A DNA stretch of 64,000 bases from Octopus sinensis (Eukaryota): the NCBI RefSeq assembly GCF_006345805.1, contig NC_042997.1, positions 54,808,001-54,872,000 on the forward strand. Reading direction: 5' to 3'. Of the stretch, positions 51,103-63,302 are shown one piece after another. Position numbers and translations under genes: made by a program. Position 1 is the stretch's first letter, and each line of letters starts with the position of its first letter. The notes under the pieces were generated by a model. That model made no database searches. It worked only from the letters and a program-made list of their open reading frames with translations, and was not told the DNA's origin.

Positions 51103-51205
51103 CACACACACACACACACACACACTTGCCCAAGGTGCCATGCCGTGGGACTGAACCCAGAATCATGTGGTTGGGAAGCAAGCTTCTTACCACACAGCCA
51201 TGCCT
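50838..51205 (-). mobile_element. tRNA-derived SINE (26571 family) with (AT)n(AC)n expansion
   Basis: Reverse complement of the head and tail of the 26571 copy, with the middle partly deleted. Confidence 0.85.
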
Positions 51206-51529
51206 GAATCTGTATATATTTATGTATTTTGCAAATATTTACATTGCTTATTTCATCTTACTAATTAACTAACATACCTCTTTTGGAATATACTTGTTAT
51301 CATCATCATTTCATGCACATTTTTTAACAAGAGCCTTCTCTACTATGGTATCTCACCACTTTTAATTGCTCATCAGTGCCTGCCACTTCTTCCCATGTCT
51401 TACTTGGTCTTCATCATCTGCAGGCTCTTTACACTTAAATCATTTCTTCTCCTAACCCTCATCCTTCATACTCATACTAATCTAATGTTATTGAGCTCAT
51501 ATGTAATAGTAAATATATAAAAATATAAC

Positions 51530-51850
51530 CACAGCATGATACTTTGGACAAGTGTCTTTACTGTTGCTTCAGGCTGACCAAAGCCTTGAGAATAAATTTA
51601 TTAGCAAGAAACTGAAAGAAACACAACACATCAAATTGTGTGTGTGTGTGTGTGTGTTTCTTTGTTTTGATATCGTGCAATAGTTGTCAACAAGTCTTCA
51701 CCATCTTGCAAGTGGAGTGCTTTGTTTTCAGGCTTTCATGTAAACATGTCTGGGTACAAAGAAGTACTATCTTGCTTGGAAACAGATGAGGGTTTGCAAC
51801 AGGAAAGGCATCTGGTCATAGAAGAGTTAGTTCAACATGTTCCATCTGAC
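51530..51850 (+). mobile_element. SINE with RTE-derived tail
   Basis: Collinear with 27188-27590. Confidence 0.65.
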
Positions 51851-51985
51851 TGATGCAAACGAGGAAAAGTGGGTGTTAAAATGATGATGATGTAATATAT
51901 TTAGGTTAATGTTGAGAAAAAAGATGGAGGGTGCAATATGAGGTGAAGTACAAAGAAACAGACAACAGTGAAGGAGGCAACAGTG

Positions 51986-52947
51986 AATTATCTAAGATTA
52001 CTCTAAAGTAAGAAAATTAGTCAACAGAAAAACATTCATTACCCAGTATACTTTTAAGCCATTGTATATGAGGTAAAATAGCTTGGCCCACGTTCTCTTT
52101 GGGTCCTTTTAGCTAAAAAAAAAATGGCTGTTGAGATTGATGTAGTGAGAACTATTTAAAAAGAATTTAACTTTTTTTTTATATTTATGTGAAGAAAATT
52201 ATTTTCCAATAATTAAATTATATTGTGTGTCAAATTTAGTTTCACTAAATTGATCAATTTCCTTTTTAAAATATTAGTTGATGTCAGCATTTAGTGGTGG
52301 AGATGTAGTGTGTAAAGTTGAAGATCTTGGAGAATTTTCATTGTATTCAGGATTTGTAACTGGAAGATTTATTGAAACTGTAAGTGAAAACTATTTACAT
52401 TTTAATTTGAATAAAGTGATATTGTTAATATATTAGAGTAAATTGTTATTGTTTTGAAGATAATAATAATATTGGAAATTTTTGTAGTTTTATTCATGAA
52501 TCAATAATAGTTATGTTAAAATTCACTAAGAACATTACAAGCTGTATAATGAATAAAATTTTGTGTAATGTCTAAGATAGCATTTTATTATATTATCATT
52601 TTCTTTGTGAGTCAGGTGCCATAGTGCACTAGTAAGTTAAGTGGGGTCTATTTCCCAGTTGCAATTCCATGTTGCTAACACTTTTGGGAAAGCTTCAGTA
52701 TCAGCACAATTTTTATTGTTAATCTATGTAAATGATATACTTGGGGAATATCATATTGAAAATTTAGAAGAATTATGCAAGAGTACTCTAAAGTAAGAAA
52801 TGTAGTCAATAGCAAAACATTCATTACACAGTATACTTTTAAGTCATAGTATATGAGGTAAAATAGCTTGGCCCACATTCTCTTTGCGTCTTTTTAGATA
52901 AAAAAAAAAGGTTGTTGAGATTGATTTTGTGAGAACTATTTAAAAAG
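51986..52947 (+). repeat. Direct repeat pair (about 177 bp) flanking AHSA1 exon 8
   Basis: 51986-52163 and 52771-52947 share tactctaaagtaagaaa..cagtatacttttaag..gtatatgaggtaaaatagcttggcccac..gtgagaactatttaaaaag. Confidence 0.9.
52278..52379 (+). CDS. AHSA1: AHSA1 coding exon 8
   Basis: atattag| ... |gtaagt. Translates LMSAFSGGDVVCKVEDLGEFSLYSGFVTGRFIET. Confidence 0.9.
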
Positions 52948-53240
52948 TTGGCAATTAATTTAAAGCAAGAACACATCAGAGAAAGATATAAGGTTGATAA
53001 GAAGGAAATAGGTTAAGTGGGAACTAAATACAATTGTTGGGCTGAAATAGAAATGAGTTGGGTTCAATAACTTTTGAAGGGCATTCCTCATTAAAGACTG
53101 AAAAGTCAGTGTATTGAGTATAATGATATTACTCTTGGAAAGAAAAAGAGAAATATAAAAATATATTATCCCTTATACTTTATACTGTATGTATATATCT
53201 TCAGTTTTATTTCTTCGTTTTTTATTTAATCTACTTTCAG

Positions 53241-53465
53241 GTTCCTAACAAAAAGATTGTTCAGAAATGGCGTTTAAAAAACTGGCCAACGGATCATTTT
53301 TCTCATGTGACATTAGAGTTTGAAGAAAAGGGTGATTCTACCATGTTACATCTTACTCAAACCGGTATACCACAGAAAGAGTATGAATATACACAAGACG
53401 GGTGGGCTCAGAACTATTGGGCACGCATAAGACAGAGATTTGGTTATGGATCACACATCTTCTAA
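53241..53465 (+). CDS. AHSA1: AHSA1 coding exon 9 (last)
   Basis: ctttcag|. Translates VPNKKIVQKWRLKNWPTDHFSHVTLEF..TQDGWAQNYWARIRQRFGYGSHIF*. The nine exons total 1029 nt, or 342 aa plus stop. Confidence 0.95.
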   Translation, partial: VPNKKIVQKWRLKNWPTDHFSHVTLEFEEKGDSTMLHLTQTGIPQKEYEYTQDGWAQNYWARIRQRFGYGSHIF

Positions 53466-53637
53466 CCCTTGGTAATTTAGATAATCTTATGTCATATCTT
53501 TTTCCCCTTCTTTTTGAAGTTATCAAGCTTCTAAAACTATAGGTCTACGTGTAGACTCTGCTCACTCTCAATGCATACTGGTGTGCTATTGGTTAGCACA
53601 CCACATTATTCATTGCTCTTTTCCTTATTGTATATCC

Positions 53638-53822
53638 AATAAAATCACTTCTAAAGGATTCGTTAAATCAATGACTTTGATGTTATAGTTGTCATAAAAA
53701 TCTGTTAGATTCTTTTATTTTGCATTATTTGGTTCTGTTGCTTTAAAAGAATCTCAAGCAATGATTTTAACTTTAAACTAATTAATGTCAAGTTATTGAA
53801 GCCCCAATTTTGTGAGAATAAA
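53638..53822 (+). terminator. Candidate AHSA1 polyadenylation signals
   Basis: AATAAA at 53638-53643 and 53817-53822, each followed by T/GT-rich sequence. Confidence 0.5.
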
Positions 53823-54085
53823 CCCATTTAAAGAGACTTATTTGTCCTTTTCTTTTCAAATGTGTTTACCCTTTTAATAATTTTTGTTTAAAAAATGTAC
53901 ATTTAATGTACAATTTAGTAAATTAAAATCATTGCTGGTTGTAATATTAGCTTTGTATTATTGCTAAGGTATCAAGTGTAGACTGACTAGAGTTACTCCA
54001 TCTTCATCTAAATTTGAATTTATACTTTAGACATGGACATAATATTCATTAACAAGGGATGAATCTTCTTGAAGAGAAACTACTG

Positions 54086-54322
54086 GGATGGTATTAGCTG
54101 GCAGAAACGTTAGCATGCCGGGCGAAATGCCTAGTGGTATTTCGTCTGCGTTATGTTGTGAGTTCAAATTCCGCCAAGGTCGACTTTGCCTTTCATCCTT
54201 TCGGGGTCGATAAATTAAGTACCAGTTACGCACTGCGGTCGATGTAATCGACTTAATACCTATGTCTGTCCTTGTTTGTCCCCTCTGTGTTTAGCCCCTT
54301 GTGGGTAATAAAGAAATAGGTA
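54086..54322 (+). mobile_element. tRNA-derived SINE (second octopus OR-like family)
   Basis: tagctggcagaaacgttagc..gagttcaaattccgccaaggtcgactttgcctttcatcctttcggggtcgat..gtgggtaataaagaaata. Confidence 0.85.
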
Positions 54323-54340
54323 TTTAATAAAATGGACTAA

Positions 54341-54548
54341 CCCTTCTAATACCAACTATTTGAGACTGGCCTTCGTTCTATGATACAAACTTCATGTCTT
54401 AAAGTAATCTTTAAAAACTTGCATCAAAATGTTGTTAATTCATTTCAAATTCCAGCTTATTAATAACGATTATTTTATTACATTCTTCATTATTTTCTAA
54501 ATTAATTAATACATAGTGTACTTAAACAGAAATATGGTGACAAAAGGG
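54341..54548. mobile_element. piggyBac-type MITE
   Basis: ctaa|cccttct ... acaaaaggg|ttaa. Confidence 0.55.
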
Positions 54549-54915
54549 TTAATTGATAAATATTAGCTCATTTTACGTTAAATTTCTAAAAAATATTTCT
54601 CTATGTGTATTTTGTAGTGTGTATATATATAAATTATTGAATGATAAGGGAACAGGAATTGTTATCTTTATTAGCATATAGCTAATTTTTGATATTAGAA
54701 GCAATGCACAAAGAACTGAGTGCTTGTGCAACATCTTGGAGCCATTAAAATGAAGTGTATGCTTATTTTAAACAGCATCTAAACAGTGCACAACTACTTA
54801 TAACAAAAACAGTTGGAAGCCAATGAAGTTGATTATGTAATTCCTGTTCCTTTTCCATTCAACAAATTATCTTATGTTCTGTATTTGCTAACACTGTTTT
54901 CGAAATAATCATTAC

Positions 54916-55131
54916 CATCATCATCATTTAATGTCTGTTTTCTTTGCTAGCATAGGTTGAACAGTTTGACCAGAGCTGCATCAGGTTCCAGTTTGATTTG
55001 GCATAATCTGTACAGCTGGATGAAATCATGCCAAATCAGACCGGAACCTAGTGCAGCTTTCTGGATTGCCTGCTCTGGTCAAACCGTCCAACCCATGCCA
55101 GCTTGGAAAATGGACTTTAAATGATGTTGAT
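54916..55131. repeat. Palindrome made of two inverted RTE 3' ends
   Basis: 54916-55004 pairs with 55028-55131, leaving a 23-nt loop. Confidence 0.85.
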
Positions 55132-57435
55132 TTAGCATAAAGTGTTAAGTGTAAGTTTTCTAAGTTCTAACAATTGGTTATTAGTATTGCTGTGTCTAAG
55201 TGAAATCATATATACATCTGAGAATTCTGATCTGGTGATTGAAGTAGTGCACAACTAAGAAAAGTGAATGTTAAAAATTTAGATTAACCTTCCTCTGATA
55301 GTGCTGTAGCCCAACTTAAATTCCTGTTATTGCCTGGAGGACTATGATGAACAAGAAGGGGATAAGGACTGATCATTGGTGAACTCTTACTTGTACACTG
55401 AATTCATCACTATACTCATTGCCAACCCTCACCTTACTGACAACGTCTCTATATGGCTTGTATAGCTCTCACCAGCCATTCTTCTATTCCTAGTTTCCAC
55501 AATGACCACCGGATAAAGGAGTAGGGGACCATGTCGGAGGCTTTCTCCATATATCACTGAGCTGATCAAGCCTTACAGTTTGATTTGTTAAACTAACTGA
55601 AAGAAGCCTATTGTGCGTGTGTGTGTGTGTGTAAATATATCTATGCTTCCCTGTCATTGTATTTTAGGCATAAACATGCATAACCATCATACAAATGTTC
55701 ATTTATAATCTTCCATGAAAACCTGTCTAGCCATAAGGAAATATTACTTTGCTCAGAAACAGATTGATGATAGGAAGGGCCTCAATGAATTCTATCTAAC
55801 CATGTAGGAGTAGACATTAAAATGATTATATGTATAAAATGCATAGCATATCTGAGGGAAAAAAATCACCTTTTGTCAAACCTGGAGAATGATGGGCTCC
55901 ACCAAGTTTAAAATTGCTAAAGGTGTCATGTAATGGCATCTCTCCCATGACTGCAAGGCAAAGCATTTATGTAGAGTATCACATCATTTTTACTAAGAAA
56001 GTTGGTGACAGTGATTTCGAAGTTTTACCCGATAAGTTTTTATCAGCCTGTAAATTTTTAACATTTATTTTGTGGATAGAATTTAGTGGCTGCACTGTAG
56101 GCATGGTTTGTGTATTTTTGTGACTCTCACACAAACTGGATGAGCAGAAAGAAAGATTCGGATTAGCAGTGGGAGAAGGTAAACGTTTATAGGGTAATGG
56201 TAAAAAGGAAAAGAAGATAAGTCATTTACATTGTTCTAATTTGGTGGGCAACATTTGTCTTAAATTGTGTACGAAATTAAGGATTAATTTGATAGTGTTA
56301 GGATCATTCAAGAATGTATGGGAAACTAATTTAATGCACGGGTGCAAAGGGTTTGTTTTCTATGCAGGCACAGACAGGTCAAGTTCTGTGGCTTGCATTG
56401 AAAGATCACAGTTGAGCATATATTAAACTGTAGAGAGCTAGACAGACTCAGAAATGAAAGATATGGAAACTAAAAAATCCTGCAATCGGGAATAGTAAGA
56501 ATTTCTAATTAACGCATATAATTGTACTGAAAAAGATATACATATCTGCAGTATAGTTGAAAATTGAATTTCTACGAAATTACTTGCTTAGGACTTCCAA
56601 TCGAGCCAGTTGATGGAGCACAGTACCATCCAAGCCTAAAGCAACATAGAATGATACAGGTGATAGGATGAAGTCTAAAAGATAGGTTTGGAAAACCTAG
56701 AAGTAAGGTAATTGTTTGAAGTATTACTAAATAGCTAGAAGAGCAACTTGGCGATAGGTATGCTTGGTGAGGTAGAAAGGAAAATATTTGCATATGTTCT
56801 GCAAGGTGAGGATCAGGGGAGTGAGATGTTCCGAATTCTAGATCTGCGAGTGCTTCAGCTAAGGTATGTAACTATCGACTTAACTTTTAAGTTTCTAAGA
56901 GTTATTCCCCTTATATAAAATTCGACGACCATTATTTCTTGCATCCTTTTCAATGGGCAATAAGAAAATGTCTAAAGGTACAGACTTTCACCTTCCAATT
57001 TTGTGATTTAAATTATTCCCAGGCCTGCGTTGAGCACGATACTCTGAGTAAAACTCATGTGCTCCGTAATATAATCTTTATATATTTAGCTCTACGTTGT
57101 AGCGAGAGTTAACATATATCGTCATCGTAGTCGTCATCATTTTACGTCCACTTTCCGTGCTCACGTAGCTTGGACAGGTTATTGCACACCAATACAATTC
57201 ATCTTCTGAGTTACTGCCCTCATAGATGGTTCAATAAATCACATCTCGCTCATATTTTTCATTTCTTTCATGACTACTACAGCTTTATGCTCTCTAATAC
57301 CAACCACTTTATTGAGTGTATTTTATCATTGCACCAACACAAGGGAATGTCATGTCCTCGATGCCTGTTTTCTTAATCTTGTATGACATGTTCAAATTTT
57401 TCTGTAGTCTTGTGTTATCATCAGGGCTCTTGACT

Positions 57436-57665
57436 CATCATTATCATCATCGTTTAACGTCCATCTTCCATGCATGCATAGTTAGGACGGTTCACAGGAA
57501 CTGGCCGGGTAGAAAAACTGACCTATGCAACTGTGTGTTTTGGCAAGGTTTTTACACCTGAATGCCCTTCCTAACACTAACCACTCTGCAGAGTGGTCTC
57601 AGTGCTTTTTACGTGGCCCTAGCACATGCAAAGTTAGTTTTGGCATGATTTTTACAGCTGGATGT
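57436..57665 (-). mobile_element. RTE LINE 3' end
   Basis: Collinear with 27964-28100. Confidence 0.7.
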
Positions 57666-59099
57666 ACTACCAGAATCAGTTCTTATTTGAGTCAAGGATC
57701 ACATCCCATACATACATTCCATTTTCACCCTATTCTCTACATATGACTGTTCTTCCTAATGTCAATAACTTTACAAAGTCTACTGGGTGCATTTTCTTGT
57801 AGCTCCAACACTTAAAAGGTTGTATCTTTAAAATGACTAAAATCTCCTTTCTCATCTAATTATTTTTTTTTTGTTCACAAAACCACTTTATGGGATACAC
57901 TTAGAACATAATATCATAGAAAAAGAGATTGCTTTACTCTTAGTAAGATTAAAGAGTCCTTTTTATGCTATAGTATCTATATTCATTCAGGGCAATGTCT
58001 CTTAGCATGTGAATATAAAAAATATTTTAGTGAGAAAAATGATAAGAAGAAAGTAACAGAAGTGAGACAAAGAGTATGCATAAGTAGCATGAGAGTAAGT
58101 GAGAATGAAAGAGGGCAAAGGGGGAGTAAAGAAAATGAGAGAGAAAGAAAGAGTTATAGGTGAATGAGGGTGATATATATCAACAATGAGTGAAAGAGGG
58201 GGAGTAATCTGAGAGTGGTAGAGGGTAATGAATAGCAATAAAGATGGGTGATGTAAAAGAGAACGAGAGATAGGGAGTGAGTGATAAAGAGTTATAGTAA
58301 TTAGCAGTGGCAAGAGAGAGAGAGAGAGAGGGTAATGACTAGTAGTGCTGTAGGTTGATGATAGCAAGTATTGAAGATTGATAGATGTGATGCTATCACA
58401 AGATGGAGATATCACCAGATCTGTCCATGATGTCAGGATGGAAGACAGATAGAGTGAAAATGAATACAAACAGAACCAATGGCATTCTTTAACTTTCTTA
58501 ACCTGGTCCATTAACTTGATGCATCTATAGTGATGATGTTGTTACATACTCATTGGTTATGACACCTTTCTATACTACATGATTGACTACACAAGAAGAT
58601 AGCATCTTACCAGCTTTGCCATGTAGCTTTGGCAATTCAAAATGTAAAGCTGTTAACCTCAATGGCTTGACCATCTGGATCTGGTGGGTCTATTGAATTA
58701 GGCTCTCTCTGCCCTATGCTTTTTCCTTATTCAACAACTTCTAGAAATAGTACTTCAGTATTTTTTAATCTTTTTGGTTCTAGCAAAAGCAAGTGTGCTA
58801 CTATTATTCTGTACACACTTCTTCCAGTGATTTTAATCAAAATGTTATTCTGTTCCTTTTTTGCACTATTATTGTATTTTAATATAGTGCCAAACTAAAT
58901 GTCATACTATATTTAGTTATGTCCATTTTGAGTAACAACTTTGCTTAAAAATTGCAAAGCATGCTTAACCTCACCACTTAATCCTTCTATGCTTTTATAA
59001 GAGTTCACTTTGTTGCAAGCATTTAAGTCAGTTTTAATATCAGACAACTACTTTCTCTGTTCCACCACTCTCCATGACATGAGTCATTAGTACGGTTCT

Positions 59100-59470
59100 T
59101 CCTCCCCAGACCTCAGGTAGGTGGCCTTGCTCGATCTGTAGAAAAGGCGTAGGTAGAAACTCCATAAGATGGACCCAGTGTATGCTATGGACACATAAGC
59201 AGTGCAGCAACATCAAAGGAAGATTAACTGAGAAGATAGCTTTTGTGGGCGGCAGATGCACAGGGGCAATAAACACCACAGATGCTCAGAAAACAGATTC
59301 CATCACACTCTGGGGAAAGAAAACAGAAGTAGTTGATAGCTTCCGCTACCTAGGTGACCAAGTTAGTAGTGGGGGTGGATGATCAGAGAATGTTACCACC
59401 AGAATAAGAATAGCCTGGGCAAAGTTTAGAAAGCTTCTACCCCTACAGGAGACAAAAGGCCTGTCATAGT
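59100..59470 (+). mobile_element. RTE ORF2 fragment containing a PHD finger before the YLG motif
   Basis: WPCSICRKGVGRNSIRWTQCMLWTHKQCSNIKGRLTEKIAFVGGRC..EVVDSFRYLGDQVSSGGG..RIRIAWAKFRKLLP. Confidence 0.85.
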
Positions 59471-59542
59471 GAATGCTAGATTGTAGGATGCATGTGTGCA
59501 AACTACCATATATATATATATAAATATATGCATATATACATA

Positions 59543-59665
59543 CATCATCATCATTTAACGTCTGCTTTCCGTGCTAGCATGGGTTGGACGATTTGACTGA
59601 GGTCTGGCGAACCAGACTCCAATCTGATCTGGCAGAGTTTCTACAGCTTGATGCCCTTCCTAACA
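59543..59665 (-). mobile_element. RTE LINE 3' end
   Basis: Collinear with 27964-28100. Confidence 0.75.
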
Positions 59666-60239
59666 CAAATATACATATATGTACATACCTACATGTATAT
59701 GTATATATACATGCATATATGGGTACAGGACATCAAAAAAACGTTGAATACAATGAGAAACGAAAACATAAAAGCAAAAACATGTAAACAAACTTTTTTT
59801 CAAACAACAAAAAAACAGAGTACAAGACATACAACACAAGGAATATTCCCCTTCTTCAGTTGTCCTTGTTTCACCAACTTCACATTTTGAAGGTAAGGAC
59901 AAGATGCGACTTCATTGAAACAGTCCTTCCCGCAAAGCAAATTAAATAAAATTTGGGATTTTTTGCGGAGGGGTAAAAGTGGTAACAAGAACAGGACAGT
60001 AAGAACAACACAAGACAGTAAAAACAAAAACAAGCGATAAGGGCTGTTAAGTCAAGATGATGAAAAAATTATTCTGAACGCTTGAGGAGACAGCTTATGA
60101 GAAGGATAGGATAAGTGATATTGTCTTGGTAAAGATAGCAGTTGGAAAGATGGCTTCCTTCTGATTATGTGTCAGTGACGAGAGGAGAAGGAGTATGTTT
60201 GAAAAGAGTCCATTTGATTTTTATTTTGATGTTGATGTA

Positions 60240-60550
60240 ATTGACTCAATAGGTCTCCTCAAGTACAGCAGGTCTCCCTATGATCCAAGGTTAGCACAGC
60301 AGGCCGTGCTGTGAGCCATGACCTACCTTCATTTGTTGGGTCTTCGCAGTCACAGCATATCTCTGTGAGGCCCAACGTTCGAAGGTCATACTTGACCACC
60401 TCATCCTATGTCTTCCTGGGTTTACCTCTATCCTGGATTCCTTCAACAGTTTGGGAGTGGCACTTCTTCACACATCTCTCCTCATCCATCTGTAGTACAT
60501 ACCAACACAAACGTCTCTCCTGCATGCCACATCCAATGCTTCTTATGTCC
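60240..60550 (-). mobile_element. RTE 3' region, second family
   Basis: Minus strand has GRGKPRKT-like and WRYAVTAKT-like remnants (aggtaaacccaggaagacatagg, gatatgctgtgactgcgaagacc). Confidence 0.55.
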
Positions 60551-61249
60551 AACATATATATACACATGTTCACTCAACCATGTTGGCCTTCTTTTTTGGG
60601 AAACATACTAAAGTTTATAAACTTAAGCATGTGTTCATTCTCCACAAACACTTAATGGAAAACATTCAGAGCATTGATTGTTTGCACTTATTCAGTCACC
60701 CATGTCAGCCTTAACTTACAACGCCAAACATTGTCACTTGATACTAAGACATGGACATACCAGGGAACCTATAAACATTTCTAAGACTAGACATGTGACT
60801 ATTATCTACCAATCAAGTCCTATCCAAAACATATACTAATTTGAGCTATGAACTCCCTATAAAAACAGGGCAAATTTCAAAGACTAGTCAGAAGCAAGAC
60901 AGCTGCAACATAAGCCACGTCTTTCTATTTGAAGTTTTTGAAAATTGGTGTAATGTGTGAAATGGATTAAAGATTCAAATATTTAAATAAAAAGTATTTT
61001 CACTATTCTCAGTGCATTTTCAGCTTCTATTTTTCTTATATATATATAGCATTATTAAATCTCTGAACGAGATGTAAATACCATAAGAGATGCAAATACC
61101 ATAAGAGCACAGATAGTGTGCCTAAAGCCAGCTGGAGACGGTGATCTCCTGGGGCTAAAAGCTACAGTAACATCCACCCTTTGTGGTTAGCCATATTGAG
61201 ATGGCTATTATACTTTACATATATATATATATACATAAAGACCACTTTT

Positions 61250-62210
61250 ATGATACCCTTCTACAGGCTACCTCAAAGATGAGTGGCAATGACCTCATCT
61301 TTGTGGCTGGAGACTCTAATGGGCATGTTGGGCAGGAATCTGGTATCTTCACTAGGGTACATGGTGTCCATGGTATTGGCACCCGAAACAATGAGGGAAC
61401 CAGGCTACTGGAGTTCTGTGATGCATGTAACCTTTTAATCTGCACCACTAACTTCAGGAAGCCAGACAGCCACCTTATAACCTATCAATCGGGGGACTCT
61501 GCTAGCCAGATTGATTTCATCTTCACCAGATAGCGGGATGCAGGGTTGCTCTTAGATACAAAGACCCTCCCGGGTGAAGAATGTGATCCCCAGTATAGGC
61601 TAGTCATTAGTGACTTTAGGCTTGAGGCCAGAAGGATACCAAGAAGCAGACCAATCCAAAAAAGGATTTGGAAGCTAAAGAACCCTTCACATGGTCAGAG
61701 ATTTAGGGACATCCTCATTAAGAAATTTGAGGAGAGGGAGGAGGAGCTACAGACGTCAGACATAGAAGGTAGCTGAAAATTCCTACAGGACAGCTTGCTA
61801 AGTACCACAGACCAATTCTGTGGATGGTGCAAAGTCCCTTCCAGACCTGGAGTTACATGGTGGTGGAATAGTATGGTAGACAAAGCCATTAGAGCAAAGA
61901 AAAAGGCCTGGAAGGGTGGGAGTAGCAGGGAACTGTACCAGGTAGCCAAAAGGGAGGCTGGGCGGCAGGTATACATAGCCATGAGTGAAGCAGAAAAGAA
62001 TAAGTTTGCCAATGTCCAGTAACGTGAGGACCAAAGAACTGAGGTATTTCAGATTGCAAGTCAGTGTGTGAGAGAAAATTGTGATGTCACAGGAGAGAAA
62101 TGTGTCCGCATGGATGATGGTGCACTTGCTTTTAATGATTCTGAAAAGAAAGAGGCTTGGAGAAGTCATTATGAAAGACTGCTGAATGTGGAGAGTGAAT
62201 GGGAGGAAGA
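61250..62210 (+). mobile_element. RTE ORF2 5' part (APE endonuclease C-terminus and linker)
   Basis: VAGDSNGHVG..GIGTRNNEGTRLLEFC..TYQSGDSASQIDFIF..PQYRLVISDF..TWWWNSMVDKAI..EAWRSHYERLLN, with a few stops. Confidence 0.9.
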
Positions 62211-63302
62211 AAATATATTCATAGTATCTCACTATTAATAGTTAAAAACTATCTTATTGAAAGAAAATGGTAAATTGATGACAGTGAATTTTCCCTGTGG
62301 TGAATTGATAGCAAACTTACCAAACATGTCTACTAGCACATCATTTATGCCTTTACACTAGCACCCAATCTGTTCCTGTCAAGTCTTCCCCATAACTTAT
62401 TATCCAACACCCAACTCTCTTTTAATTGTGGCACTATTTACTCAGGAGCTGTAATATGACAGTAGAACAGCACATATTTCATTCCATTTTTGTGCTACTA
62501 GTTGTCCCTCACCTTGGAGCTACTTCCTTTATTACCTACCTGACATCTTTAATAACATCCCTTACCACTATATTTTCCACTGAACACCCCCTTCTCCCAA
62601 ACATCCTTTTATATTCTGTCCCATTGTCTCTCCCCACACTTTGTTTATCACTCACTCTACGTACCTCTGACTTCCATCTCTGTCACTATGCATCCCTCTT
62701 TTATCCCACCCTCACACATCTCCATATTTCCAATCTATTTATGGTTTTATCATACTGTTACACTCTACCTCTTTCCTTAAGTACTGTCGCTTATAACCTC
62801 ATCCCTGATCCACTCCTATTTTTCCTTCACCTCCCCACCCCCAAACTAAGATTTACCTTTCAACATTAACCACACCTCCACCTGTATTTGCCATTCATTG
62901 AACTCTTCTTTCATATTCTCATGGGCTTATCTATCCACCCTTCATGATCCTCTGTCCCAATTCTCTCATATTAACCTTCTTGTACCTTGAGATCATGCTC
63001 TGGTACCTCATCACCTCTACCTATTCTTCCTTTCTAACTTGGGTAGCCATGTCTTGCATATTACTTGGTGGCCTCACTAGTGCCAGTGCCACAGAAAAAG
63101 CACCCAGTACACTCTGTAAAGTGGTTGACATTAGGAAGGGCATCCTGTCATATAAACCGTCTTGACGCTCTCCTCTGGCTCATCAGATCCTGTCAAACTG
63201 TATCAGCATGGAAGTGTCTTCTACTGTAACCTCAAGCTGACAAAGCCTTGTGACTGGATTTGGTAGACAGAAACTGAAAGAAGCCTGTTGTGTAGATACA
63301 TA

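Noticed and set aside
58002-58511. 169-aa minus-strand ORF (also 62426-62869 and 40693-41043)
   Set aside because: These are low-complexity purine/pyrimidine tracts that lack stops by composition, with no domain signal.
59840-59920. CTGAAGA with a short stem on the minus strand of a possible second Penelope-like repeat
   Set aside because: There is no correctly placed GAAA box or NUH site in this copy.
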